Assembly (NCBI GenBank): GCA_964491265.1
Contig: CAZBFP010000002.1
Location: 134,288 to 198,287, forward strand
Source: an uncultured Leptospirales bacterium
GTDB taxonomy: Bacteria > Spirochaetota > UBA4802 > UBA5550
Direction: 5' to 3'
Length of the DNA stretch: 64,000 nucleotides
Positions 1 through 9,619 of the stretch are shown piece by piece (positions within the stretch are counted from its first letter, which is position 1; every line of letters starts with the position of its first letter). The position numbers and the translations under genes were made by a program. The notes beneath the pieces were generated by a model that was not told where the DNA came from, made no database searches, and worked only from the letters and a program-made list of their open reading frames with translations.

Positions 1-69
1 ACGCACATCGAGATTTTCAAGGGCGCTCATTTTTATTGTTTCAAGTATTTCCGATACATCAAAGTTCAT
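1..69 (-). CDS. Partial CDS (N-terminal 23 aa only; rest lies off-window): UPF0210/DUF711 family protein
   Basis: Minus-strand translation begins MNFDVSEILETIKMSALENLDVR, typical of the UPF0210 N-terminus. This family is usually paired with an upstream ACT-domain UPF0237 gene, as here. Confidence 0.5.
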   Translation of the reverse strand, partial: MNFDVSEILETIKMSALENLDVR

Positions 70-85
70 TATTCCATACCTGTCC

Positions 86-580
86 TTAAATCCTGTTCAT
101 GGTTTTGAATATGTTTTCATGCTGAATATATATTTTCAGATTTTTCTTTTCAGCTACCTGATCCATTTCCACCTGCAGATCATCAATGGATATATTCATC
201 CCTGCCACATTTATTGTAAGTATAAGTGCAAAGTAGCCGCTTACGATTGCCTGGCTCATTCCCTCTATGTTGGCACTGTTCTCAGCAAGGATTCTTGTAA
301 CATCAGCCACAATTCCGACTGAGTCCTCTCCTATTACTGAAACTACAGCCATTTCACTGGCGATCTGCTCCTTTGCTTTCAGGTTAAGGAGAACCAGCTC
401 ATCAGGCTTAACAACATGGGAGAGTTTATCTGTTATCTTGTCAATAATAGAGCTGAGCCTGTCAGGGTGGATACTTGCTGCAAGCTCTTCATTTATTACG
501 GCTTTTACACTGTTTTCGATTTTGTTTTTAATATCCATAATCTGCTTCCTGAAGTATATTTTTTCAGTAATTATTCCCAT
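86..580 (-). CDS. ACT domain-containing protein (UPF0237-like)
   Basis: The C-terminal half carries an ACT fold signature, GIVADVTRILAENSANIEGMSQAIVSGYFALILTINV. It sits immediately upstream of the UPF0210-like gene. The true start may be the internal MDIKNK at 538. Confidence 0.5.
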   Translation of the reverse strand: MGIITEKIYFRKQIMDIKNKIENSVKAVINEELAASIHPDRLSSIIDKITDKLSHVVKPDELVLLNLKAKEQIASEMAVVSVIGEDSVGIVADVTRILAENSANIEGMSQAIVSGYFALILTINVAGMNISIDDLQVEMDQVAEKKNLKIYIQHENIFKTMNRI

Positions 581-611
581 AGATATTTCTTAGTGCAATA
601 ATGATGTTTTT

Positions 612-645
612 AATATCCCCGCTGCCTGCGGCGGCGGGGATATTA
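612..645. repeat. GC-rich mini-hairpin AATATCCCCGCTGCC-TGC-GGCGGCGGGGATATT (REP-like family)
   Basis: Near-perfect 14-bp stem, seen directly. The same hairpin recurs at 56447-56477 and, split by an insertion, at 63609-63716. Confidence 0.6.
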
Positions 646-930
646 GAGCATTTTATTCCAGATAAAAGTTAAGGAATTAACACTGATATTTTTTAAATTT
701 TTGTCACCGGGGGTAAGGACGTCTATAATTAATTGATAATAATAATAAAAAAAACCGGGTATTCATCACTTATTATTAATAGATCCGGTTTGAAGTTTTG
801 AAATTCCCCGTATGAAATTAAAGTTCTTGAAATATTCACAGAAAAAAATATTAAGTTAAATTGATGTTAGTTCAATATAATGTATTTAAGTTAAGGTAAA
901 AGATCAGGCTCATTGTGGAATGTCTGGGAA

Positions 931-1126
931 GCCCCCTTGTCTCCCAGAGGGGGCATGTAAAATGAGCTATTGAGTAAGTTGATAAATCTGCAGAGTATTG
1001 GAATTCAAATATTGCGGATAAAAGATTAAGATGTATTAAAAAAAATTGGAATAGTTAAGTAAATAAAAAAATACAATTATCAGAGTGATAATAGATAACT
1101 CGTGCCCCCTTTGGGGGACAGGGTGC
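931..1126. mobile_element. MITE-like element, family 1 (about 196 bp), opposite orientation to the 56622-56819 copy
   Basis: Terminal inverted repeats GCCCCCTTGTCTCCCAGAGGGGGCATG (931-957) and CGTGCCCCCTTTGGGGGACAGGGTGC (1101-1126), each itself a CCCCC...GGGGG hairpin. The AT-rich 144-bp core is similar to the cores at 54509-54656 and 56649-56793. Confidence 0.65.
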
Positions 1127-1221
1127 AAAGAGAATAAGTATTATAAAAAAGTTTATGAATTAAAACTGAAGTGAATTGAGAAACAGACTGAGAAATAAAT
1201 GATAAAGCGTGAAGGGAAATT

Positions 1222-2616
1222 ATGGCACATAATGACAGAATAAATAATCTTCTCAGGGCTATACCCCAGGTGGAGAAGCTGGCCCGGGATAGTGAAATAT
1301 CATCTTTTATTGAAGATATTGGGAGGAATCAGGTAACCAGGGCTATACGTTCCGGGATTGATGAATTCAGGGAATCGATCCTTAATGGAGGTGAGGCGGA
1401 CCTGGTTTTATTGAAAGATAAAATAATTAGAAGGTGTATATATAAGAGATCGGAGAAACTTCAGAGAGTGATTAATTGCACAGGTGTGATTATTCACACT
1501 AACCTGGGGAGATCACCCCTGGGGGGTGATATTCTGGAGAGCCTTAAAGAGAACCTTGCAGGTTACTGTAATCTGGAATACCATATCCCTACTATGAAAA
1601 GGGGGAAGAGGGGGGGCTTTGCTGAAGAGCTTATCTGTGAGCTAACCGGAGGGGAGGATGCCCTTATTGTTAACAACAATGCTTCCAGTGTATTTCTTAT
1701 ACTAAATGAATTTGCAAAAGGGAAAGAGGCTGTTGTATCAAGAGGTGAGCTTATCCAGATCGGCGGCGGTTTTAGAATCCCCGATATTATGGATCAGAGC
1801 GGGGCCAGGCTGGTTGAAGTTGGTACTACAAATATTACAACACTTGATGATTATAAATCTGCAATTAATGAAAAGACCTCAATGATTTTTTCGGCCCATA
1901 CTTCAAATTACAGAATCCAGGGCTTTACTGAATCCCCTTCACTTAAAGAACTGGCTTCAATAGCAAAGCCTCCGGTAATTTTTGTGCGCGATCTGGGGAG
2001 CGGAAATTTTATCAATGATGAAAGGACAGGGAGCGGATTTGAGCAGACAGTATTTCAGGAGCTGTCCCAGGGCCCTGACCTGTTATGTTTCAGCGGAGAT
2101 AAGCTTGCAGGAGCCTGCCAGGCTGGAATTATTACAGGGCGTAAAGACCTCATTGCAGCTCTAAGAAAAAATCCCCTCATGAGAATGCTCCGTGTTGATA
2201 AGGTAACATACTATCTGCTGCAGGAAACCCTGCTTAAGTATGTGAATGAGAAAGGGAGCAATGTTGAACTGTGGAAGACTATACTCCAGAGTGGTGATAA
2301 GGTTTCATCTAAAGTTTCGAGGCTTTTAAGAATGGCTGATGCTGAAAAGAGGAAAAAATTTCTTAAAAAAGTTTCTGTAACTGCAACTTATGGCGGGGGG
2401 ACCATGCCCATGTCTGAGGTGAAAAGTTCCGGTATTGAATTTGATATCCCCGGAATGGAACCTGAAAAAATATATGAATATTTTATCTCCTGCTCCCCCC
2501 CCATCGCTGGTGCGGTGAAGAATGATAAATATGTTTTAGACCTGTACACTGTTTTTGAAAAGGATTTCAAAAGTCTTGCTGCTTCAATAAATGAGCTGCT
2601 GAGTAATAGGGGGTAG
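1222..2616 (+). CDS. selA: L-seryl-tRNA(Sec) selenium transferase
   Basis: Full-length 464 aa with typical SelA sequence around NCTGVIIHTNLGRSPL. Followed 5 bp later by selB. Confidence 0.85.
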   Translation: MAHNDRINNLLRAIPQVEKLARDSEISSFIEDIGRNQVTRAIRSGIDEFRESILNGGEADLVLLKDKIIRRCIYKRSEKLQRVINCTGVIIHTNLGRSPLGGDILESLKENLAGYCNLEYHIPTMKRGKRGGFAEELICELTGGEDALIVNNNASSVFLILNEFAKGKEAVVSRGELIQIGGGFRIPDIMDQSGARLVEVGTTNITTLDDYKSAINEKTSMIFSAHTSNYRIQGFTESPSLKELASIAKPPVIFVRDLGSGNFINDERTGSGFEQTVFQELSQGPDLLCFSGDKLAGACQAGIITGRKDLIAALRKNPLMRMLRVDKVTYYLLQETLLKYVNEKGSNVELWKTILQSGDKVSSKVSRLLRMADAEKRKKFLKKVSVTATYGGGTMPMSEVKSSGIEFDIPGMEPEKIYEYFISCSPPIAGAVKNDKYVLDLYTVFEKDFKSLAASINELLSNRG

Positions 2617-2620
2617 AGCC

Positions 2621-4450
2621 ATGTATATTGTTGGTACATCGGGACATATTGATCATGGGAAAACCTCCCTTATAAGGGCCCTCTCAGGGGTGGACTGCGA
2701 CAGGCTCCCTGAGGAGAAGGAGAGGGAGATGACAATCGATATCGGCTTTGCCAGTATTGAGTATCCCAGATTTGGAACTGTGAGTATAGTTGATGTTCCG
2801 GGGCATGAGCGCTTTATCCGTAATATGGTTGCCGGCGCCTGGGGGATAGATATTGCGCTCCTTGTAGTTGCTGTTGATGACGGGTGGATGCCTCAGACAG
2901 AGGATCATTTCCGTGTACTTGAACTTCTCGGTATTGAGAGAATTATTATTGTACTTAATAAAATTGATCTTGCAGATGAAGAGATGATAGAGATGGTGCA
3001 GGAGGAAATTAAAGAGAGGCTTGAGCATACCCCATACAGCGGATCAGAGATGGTTAAGGTGTCGTCAAAAACAGGTGCAGGGATTGATGAGCTGAAAGAG
3101 GTTATTGTTGCTAATCTGCGTAAGCTGGCAAAGGCATCTGATACTGACAGGCCTTACCTGTATATAGACAGGGTTTTTTCACCCAGGGGTGTGGGGAGTG
3201 TAATTACAGGTACTCTGAAAAACGGGGCCTTTGTCGAAAATGAAACATTAAAAATTCTCCCCTCCGGGAAGGATGTAAAAATAAAGAAGATCGAAAGCCA
3301 TCACAGGGAGATTCATGAAGGTACCCCCTCTCAGAGAACAGCCCTTAATCTTTCAGGTATTAATGCTGAGGAGGTGGAGAGGGGGCACATACTATGCAGG
3401 TCGGTATTTTTTACTGAAAGTGATGATATTATAGCGAGGCTTAAGATTGTTCATAAGAATAAGAAGCTGAGGAATAATTCCTTTATTGAAATTCTTGCAG
3501 GTACCTACTCTGTTAAGGGTAAGCTTATACTTCTCAATGACAGTGAAGATGAGGAGGAGAGCGGTTACAGAATTGTACGGATACGCCTTGAGAGGAAATG
3601 GTTTTTCTATCCGGGTCAGGCTTTTGTTATAACAAACCCCGGGGGGTATAGAATTCTCGGAGGGGGGAAGGTTCTTATCGCGGACTTTGACGCTTCTATT
3701 CACAGAAAGGCTTTACGGAAGGAGGCTAAGTCTGTTCAGGATTTTTCTCTGGTAAATATTATTGAATTTAATATTGCGGTTACAGGGATTATAAAGAGAG
3801 CGGAAATAATGGCCTCCCTCCCTATGAGTAAAAAGGGGATTGAAAGACTTATAGAGGAAATTTTATCCAGGGGATCGGTAATCTCTATGGAGGAATACCT
3901 GGTATCTGTATCGTTCAGGGAGAGGGGATTTGGTGAAGTAAGAAAAGCGGTAGAGAATAATGTGGGTCTTAACCTTAAAGAGATATCGGATATTTCAAAA
4001 ACTGAATTAGATATATGCAGAATTATTGTGAAGACCCTTCTTGATGAGGGGGAGGTTTTTGAAAAAGAGGGGAGATATTTTTCCGGCAGCTCTGTTACTG
4101 AGGAGAATCTTTCCGACTCCAAGAGGAAGCTCCTTGATCAGGTAAAGGGTAATGGCGCAAACGGAATTGAACTTGATAAGGTTACAGAGGAGAGGGTTAA
4201 GAGGGATATTAAAGATCTAATTAAACTTGGATTTCTTGTAAGCCTTGATGGTAATATTATTTATCATCTTCAGGTTTACGAAAATTTAAAGAAAAGTATT
4301 ATGGAGCTTTTCCTTACACACGACAAAATTACAGTTCCTGAGGCAAAGGATGCTGCTGACCTTTCAAGGAAGTATATACTCCCTCTTCTTAACAGGATAG
4401 AAAATGAAGGGCTTATTAAAAGGCTGGGCGATTTCAGAATAAAGGTATAA
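2621..4450 (+). CDS. selB: Selenocysteine-specific translation elongation factor
   Basis: N-terminal GTPase with GHIDHGKTSL P-loop and DVPGHERF motif. The long C-terminal winged-helix extension is typical of SelB. Operonic with selA. Confidence 0.85.
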   Translation: MYIVGTSGHIDHGKTSLIRALSGVDCDRLPEEKEREMTIDIGFASIEYPRFGTVSIVDVPGHERFIRNMVAGAWGIDIALLVVAVDDGWMPQTEDHFRVLELLGIERIIIVLNKIDLADEEMIEMVQEEIKERLEHTPYSGSEMVKVSSKTGAGIDELKEVIVANLRKLAKASDTDRPYLYIDRVFSPRGVGSVITGTLKNGAFVENETLKILPSGKDVKIKKIESHHREIHEGTPSQRTALNLSGINAEEVERGHILCRSVFFTESDDIIARLKIVHKNKKLRNNSFIEILAGTYSVKGKLILLNDSEDEEESGYRIVRIRLERKWFFYPGQAFVITNPGGYRILGGGKVLIADFDASIHRKALRKEAKSVQDFSLVNIIEFNIAVTGIIKRAEIMASLPMSKKGIERLIEEILSRGSVISMEEYLVSVSFRERGFGEVRKAVENNVGLNLKEISDISKTELDICRIIVKTLLDEGEVFEKEGRYFSGSSVTEENLSDSKRKLLDQVKGNGANGIELDKVTEERVKRDIKDLIKLGFLVSLDGNIIYHLQVYENLKKSIMELFLTHDKITVPEAKDAADLSRKYILPLLNRIENEGLIKRLGDFRIKV

Positions 4451-4456
4451 AAAAAT

Positions 4457-5233
4457 ATGTTCCTGGGGATAGATGTGGGAAATACCAGCACAATGCTCGG
4501 TATTTATAAAATTGATTCTGTAGTTCCTGAAAAAATTTTCAGATACCGCACTGTGAAGAATGCTGACTTTTCAATGCTGGGTAATGAGATCGATTTATGC
4601 ATCGCGGATTTCCCGGGCTATGAGAAGGGGGCACTTAAGGGGCTTGCATTTTCAAGTGTTGTTCCGGAAATCAACTGCGCATATCATGAGGCAGCTGAGG
4701 TGCTTTATAACCTGAAAGCCCTTGAAATAAATCACAGTTCACTCTTTTCGATAAAGATAGATTACAGGGATATAAGTCAGCTTGGTATAGACAGAATTGT
4801 TGATTCTGAGGCTGCTTTTAACGAGTATGGCAGCGGGTGTATTGTAATTGATATAGGCACAGCAGCTACCTATGATGTTCTTGACAGGGATGGGGTTTTC
4901 CGCGGCGGCCTTATAGGTCCTGGAATAGGAACCACAATAAAGGCCCTTGCTGCTGCAGCATCGAATCTTCCGGAGATAGTCTTTGAAGAACCTGATATGC
5001 TTGTTGCAAAGGATACTGTTAATGCTATTAAGTCGGGTTTCTACTTCGGATGGATATCTATGATTGAAGGGCTTATTGAGAGAATTCAGGAATCCTGCGG
5101 CGGGGGATTTAAGGTAATTATTACTGGGGGCTTTGCGGAAAACATTGCAGGGAGCCTGAAAGCGGATGCCATATTTGACCCTTACTTGACAATGAAGGGG
5201 ATTAAATATATTTTTGACATTAACAGGGGTTGA
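4457..5233 (+). CDS. coaX: Type III pantothenate kinase
   Basis: MFLGIDVGNTSTMLGIY N-terminus, ASKHA fold, 258 aa typical of CoaX. Confidence 0.8.
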   Translation: MFLGIDVGNTSTMLGIYKIDSVVPEKIFRYRTVKNADFSMLGNEIDLCIADFPGYEKGALKGLAFSSVVPEINCAYHEAAEVLYNLKALEINHSSLFSIKIDYRDISQLGIDRIVDSEAAFNEYGSGCIVIDIGTAATYDVLDRDGVFRGGLIGPGIGTTIKALAAAASNLPEIVFEEPDMLVAKDTVNAIKSGFYFGWISMIEGLIERIQESCGGGFKVIITGGFAENIAGSLKADAIFDPYLTMKGIKYIFDINRG

Positions 5234-5270
5234 GGTTTCACCAATATATAGATGAACAGGCGGGACTGAT

Positions 5271-5666
5271 ATGGAAAAACCATATATAGACTTCAGGTTT
5301 CTCGGGGTTAATTCTTTTTTTAAAATTCTGGAGAACTCAAAGAGCGAGTATCGGGTTTTTGAGGATGATTATTCATCTATCTTCAATGATTTCAGCGATA
5401 TCCTTAATCTTGAGGATTCCATTACTTCAGGGATAATTATCCAGGATGGACAGCATCTTTTTTTTACAGAGATAGGGCTTAAAATTACAGCAACCTACAG
5501 GTCGCACTTTGTATTTATTTTTAATCATCATCCTCTCCCAGCAGATATTGAATTTATACTGCGGAAGCTTGAGGATATAATAAACAGCACCCTTGAGGGT
5601 GTGGATATTTCCGCCATAGCTGAATCTATCAAAAATAAAAAAGCAAATGAGCCTACAATTAATTAG
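5271..5666 (+). CDS. Hypothetical protein (131 aa)
   Basis: Intact ORF in operonic position after coaX. No recognisable domain. Confidence 0.35.
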   Translation: MEKPYIDFRFLGVNSFFKILENSKSEYRVFEDDYSSIFNDFSDILNLEDSITSGIIIQDGQHLFFTEIGLKITATYRSHFVFIFNHHPLPADIEFILRKLEDIINSTLEGVDISAIAESIKNKKANEPTIN

Positions 5667-7158
5667 TCCCCTTACTGCAGCGGGCAATGATTGACTCCAC
5701 AAGCCCCTCTACAGTGAATTCCTCTGCTTCGATATGAGGGGTATGCCCCAGGCCTCTGAGGGTTTCACTTGTTACAGGGCCTATGCTGGCAAGCTCTGCA
5801 TCCGTGCTTTCAATAATGGAAAAGAAGTTTTTTGCTGTTGATGAACTTGTAAATGTTATTATATCAGCATTTTTTACCTCATCTATTGTTCCCTGATCAG
5901 CAGATTCGGGGGGCAGAGCAGTATATATGTGAATTCTTTCAACATCTGCCCCGGAATCTTTGAGCCCCTGTGTCAGCACATGCCTTGCATCAGCAGCGCA
6001 TGGGAGAAGAATTTTTGAGCCTTTAAGGTCCTGTTTCTGCATTTCTTTAAGGAGAGATTCAGCAACAAATTCGGGAGGCACAAGGTCTGCTCTTAAGCCG
6101 TATTTATGGAGCTCATCTGCCGTGGCTCTTCCGATAGCAGCGATTTTTATATCACCCAGTGACCGGGCATCCCTCCCTGTCAAAAAAAGTTCTTCAAAGA
6201 ATATGGATATGGCATTCTGTGATGTAAAAACAAGCCAGCTGTATCGGGAAATATTTTTTAAAGCTTCATGAAGGGGAGACATGTCGCTGCTTTTCTTTAT
6301 ACTGATTACAGGGAGTTCAATTGTTCTTGCTCCAAGAATTGTGAGCATTTTTGAAAGCCTTGATGCCTGTTCTCTGGTGCGGGTGACTACAATTTTTTTC
6401 CCGAAGAGGGGTTGGTTGTCGAACCAGCGGAGCTTATCCCTCAGTGTAACAACCCCGCCCATGATTATTATTGCAGGGGGCTTCATTTTAGCCTTTTCCA
6501 CTTCATCTGCAATTTGTGAAAGTGGCGCAGTGATCACTCTCTGCTCCGGTCTGGTGCCCCAGGATATTATTCCGACAGGGGTTTGGGGATCGAAGTTTTT
6601 ATCTTCAATAAGTTTTCTGCTTATATACTTCAGGTTTTTCATCCCCATGAGAAAGACAAATGTTTTTTCAGGATTGTATTCGGGGAAATTCACATCATCA
6701 TCTTCATCCGCGTCAGCTCTCCGGTGTCCGCTTACAACTTCAAATGCATTGGCAAAATTCCTGTGTGTAAGAGGTATACCTGCGTATGCAGGGGCTGAAT
6801 AAAATGATGAAACTCCGGGAATAATTACAAAAGGGATTCCACGGGCTTCAAGCTCTTCAGCCTCCTCCCCCCCTCTGCCGAAAATAAAAGGGTCACCACC
6901 TTTCAGTCTTACAACAGTTTTCCCCTCCAGGGCTTTTTGAACAATGAGAGTATTTATTTCATCCTGGGTAAGGGTATGGCTGCTCCCCTCTTTCCCCACG
7001 TAAATAATTTCACAATCACGCCCCTGGACAAAGCTTTTATCCGCCAGGTAGTCGTATATAATGCAGTGAGCTTCTTCAAGTGCACGCAAGGCTTTTAAAG
7101 ATATAAGTTCCGGATCGCCCGGGCCTGCTCCAACAAGATAAACCAGTCCTTTTTTCAT
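5659..7158 (-). CDS. cobA: Uroporphyrinogen-III C-methyltransferase / uroporphyrinogen-III synthase fusion (CobA/HemD)
   Basis: N-terminus VYLVGAGPGDPELISLKA is the SUMT tetrapyrrole methylase signature. The C-terminal roughly 250 aa are HemD-like. Overlaps hemC by 4 bp. Confidence 0.8.
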   Translation of the reverse strand: MKKGLVYLVGAGPGDPELISLKALRALEEAHCIIYDYLADKSFVQGRDCEIIYVGKEGSSHTLTQDEINTLIVQKALEGKTVVRLKGGDPFIFGRGGEEAEELEARGIPFVIIPGVSSFYSAPAYAGIPLTHRNFANAFEVVSGHRRADADEDDDVNFPEYNPEKTFVFLMGMKNLKYISRKLIEDKNFDPQTPVGIISWGTRPEQRVITAPLSQIADEVEKAKMKPPAIIIMGGVVTLRDKLRWFDNQPLFGKKIVVTRTREQASRLSKMLTILGARTIELPVISIKKSSDMSPLHEALKNISRYSWLVFTSQNAISIFFEELFLTGRDARSLGDIKIAAIGRATADELHKYGLRADLVPPEFVAESLLKEMQKQDLKGSKILLPCAADARHVLTQGLKDSGADVERIHIYTALPPESADQGTIDEVKNADIITFTSSSTAKNFFSIIESTDAELASIGPVTSETLRGLGHTPHIEAEEFTVEGLVESIIARCSKGTN

Positions 7159-8063
7159 AGGTATTTATCCGCTCCATCTTTTTTCATCATTTCAGCCAGA
7201 TTTTCCCCTATTGTTTCAGGGTCAGAGCCTGTAATTTTTTTTCTTATGAGTCCATCCCCCGCAGGGGAGGCTACTACCCCCTCAAGCGTAATGGAATCAC
7301 CTTCATAAAAAGCAAGTGCTCCAATAGGGACATGGCACCCTCCGCCGAAGTGCTTAAGAAATGTCCTTTCCGCCTTAACCATTTCTGCGGTGGGTGCGTG
7401 AGTAAGCTTATTTACAATATCAAATAATTCAGTGTCATCTGACCTTACCTGAAGACCGAGAGCGCCCTGTGCAGGTGCAGGAATAAAAATATTCTCTGTG
7501 AGAATCTGTGTTTTATATTTACTCAGGTCAAGGTTAACCCTTTCTGCGCCTGCTTTAGCCATTACAATTGCATCGAACTGTTTCTCCTCAAGTTTGCGGA
7601 GCCTGGTATTAACATTGCCGCGGAGAGGTTCGATTGTAAGTGATGAGTCCAGATTTCTAATCTGCGCCATGCGTCTCATTGAACTTGTGCCGATTATAGA
7701 ACCCGTTCTTACATTGAGTCCGTCTTTCTCTTCAAAGGCATGAGGGTGGATTATGAGCATGTCATAGAAGCTTCCCCGCTCAGGGACTGCTGCAATTGTG
7801 AGGCCCGGTACATCTTCAGTGGGGAGGTCTTTCAGTGAATGAACTGCAAGGTCGATTTCATTTCCAAGAAGGGCTTCTTCAATCTCCTTGGTGAAAAATC
7901 CCTTCCCTTCCATCTTGTCAAAGGAGACATTCTGTATTTTATCACCCTGGGTTTTTATTATTATTATTTCAGTATTCTCTTTTCCAAGGAGATCCGCCAC
8001 ATGATTGGCCTGCCAGAGTGCCAGGTCGCTCCCCCTTGTTCCGATACGGATTTTTTTAATCAT
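7155..8063 (-). CDS. hemC: Hydroxymethylbilane synthase (porphobilinogen deaminase)
   Basis: IRIGTRGSDLALWQANHV N-terminus, 302 aa, classic HemC. Confidence 0.85.
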   Translation of the reverse strand: MIKKIRIGTRGSDLALWQANHVADLLGKENTEIIIIKTQGDKIQNVSFDKMEGKGFFTKEIEEALLGNEIDLAVHSLKDLPTEDVPGLTIAAVPERGSFYDMLIIHPHAFEEKDGLNVRTGSIIGTSSMRRMAQIRNLDSSLTIEPLRGNVNTRLRKLEEKQFDAIVMAKAGAERVNLDLSKYKTQILTENIFIPAPAQGALGLQVRSDDTELFDIVNKLTHAPTAEMVKAERTFLKHFGGGCHVPIGALAFYEGDSITLEGVVASPAGDGLIRKKITGSDPETIGENLAEMMKKDGADKYL

Positions 8064-8255
8064 TAAGACCCCATTTTAATCAATTTTTCAGTTGCTCTGT
8101 TAAAGATATGAATAGAGGAAATGCTGTCAATTTATTATTCATTTGACAGTGACCTCCTGTATTTACAAATAAGAAACTCAGCAGAGAAATAAAATTTTTA
8201 TTCCGGAATTATTAGTTTTAATGCTTTTATTCAGAGGAATATAGAGGGGGATATA

Positions 8256-8573
8256 ATGTACTGGACAAGCCTTATTATTGCCGGAGTTTTTGAAATCGGA
8301 TGGCCCCTGGGGCTTAAATTATCACAGACTATGTCTTCGAAATTATTCGGGATTCTTCTTGCTGTTGTGTCAATGAGCCTGAGCGGTTTCTTTTTATGGA
8401 TAGCCCAGAAAGCGATCCCTATCGGCACAGCCTATGCTGTATGGACAGGTATTGGTGCTGTTGGTACTCTTTTTGTCGGTGTAATATTTTTCGGCGATTC
8501 GGCAGGATTCTGGAGAATGGCTTCTGCATCATTAATTGTTATTGGTATTGTAGGATTAAAGATTGCAGGGTGA
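8256..8573 (+). CDS. sugE: SMR-family guanidinium/quaternary ammonium exporter (SugE/Gdx)
   Basis: 105 aa, 4 TM, with GTAYAVWTGIGAVGT motif and the conserved Glu in TM1 (FEIGWPLGLK). Confidence 0.8.
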   Translation: MYWTSLIIAGVFEIGWPLGLKLSQTMSSKLFGILLAVVSMSLSGFFLWIAQKAIPIGTAYAVWTGIGAVGTLFVGVIFFGDSAGFWRMASASLIVIGIVGLKIAG

Positions 8574-8693
8574 GATTTGAATTTATTGCTGAATCAGGCC
8601 AGTTCTCTGTAGAATATCATTATATTCCTCACTGGTATGTTCTGAAAAAACTGATAGATTGATTCATTAACAGTATAATGAATGAAGAGAAAG

Positions 8694-9347
8694 TCAATTA
8701 ATATTAACCCGCTGTATATTCTGCATAGTGTCCGATTCAATTATATGAACACCCTCTATTTCCTTTAAGCTGTATTTATACATGGCCATTGCAACCTTTT
8801 CAGCATCAATTGCCCGGTATTTCAGAGGGATGAATATTTTGAAAATCCGCATTATGATATTTGCAAATGTTTCACCCGGGCGGGTTTCTTCGCGGTTCCC
8901 TTTTAAAAGGGAGGGGCGGAAAATAAAAACTGTTTTAAAGGGAATCTGCTTTACCACGTTTTCGGTTTCACCCTTTACCCTGTTGTAGAATACCCTGGAA
9001 TTTTTATCAGCACCCATTGCTGAAACAAGCAGAAATTTTGATGCATCTTTTTCAAATCCGCTCTGTGCAAGGCCTGTTATGTACTTATAATCTACTTCTC
9101 TAAAAGCATCAGCAGAGCCTGCCTTTTTTATCGTGGTGCCGAGACAGCAGAAAATATGATCTGCCCGTATCTTTGACTCATCCGGATTTCTGTAGTCATA
9201 GATTACCTGTTCAAGCTTATGGGATGTTATTTCAAGGGGTCTGCGCACGAGGATTATTACTTTTCCATATTCACTGCTTTTTATAAGGATTTCTGTAAGA
9301 TGCCTCCCTACAAGGCCAGAAGCTCCGGTTACTAATGCTGTTTTCAT
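8694..9347 (-). CDS. NAD(P)H-binding oxidoreductase (atypical SDR / YwnB-like)
   Basis: MKTALVTGASGLVGRHL Rossmann motif, 217 aa. Confidence 0.65.
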   Translation of the reverse strand: MKTALVTGASGLVGRHLTEILIKSSEYGKVIILVRRPLEITSHKLEQVIYDYRNPDESKIRADHIFCCLGTTIKKAGSADAFREVDYKYITGLAQSGFEKDASKFLLVSAMGADKNSRVFYNRVKGETENVVKQIPFKTVFIFRPSLLKGNREETRPGETFANIIMRIFKIFIPLKYRAIDAEKVAMAMYKYSLKEIEGVHIIESDTMQNIQRVNIN

Positions 9348-9619
9348 ATTATCACCTTTTTATGGAAATGAGAACCTGTTTACGGATTCCTGTAAATTAA
9401 AATTTAAATTATCGGTTAATTATCAGGGGGAAATTATTTACTTCCATGCCGGATGTGTTTCAATTACCCCTTATTGAAAAATATTCCCGGATTACATCTT
9501 TTTTAGTTACCGGAATTATTTCACCAGAAGGCCTCCCGCTATCCGATGTAAAAACGAAGCAGTAAATATTTGACTTTCACGGGAAAATCATTACCATTAA
9601 TAAAAAAAAGAGGGTTATA

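Noticed and set aside
600-1221. Looked for a tRNA-Sec (selC) gene next to selAB
   Set aside because: No segment with an acceptor stem, a UCA anticodon loop and a T-arm could be assembled by eye. The region is instead occupied by a GC hairpin and a family-1 MITE.
119-6802. Numerous antisense or overlapping ORFs in the track (for example 119-322, 267-593, 5960-6271, 6281-6802, 47594-48361, 55593-56080)
   Set aside because: They lie entirely inside, and antisense to, well-supported genes. They lack RBSs and have biased composition. Shadow ORFs.
8064-8255. Possible guanidine riboswitch upstream of the sugE/gdx exporter
   Set aside because: No paired ACGR-loop hairpins (guanidine-II) and no recognisable ykkC-I or ykkC-III conserved segments. 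Only a 7-bp-stem AT-rich hairpin is present.
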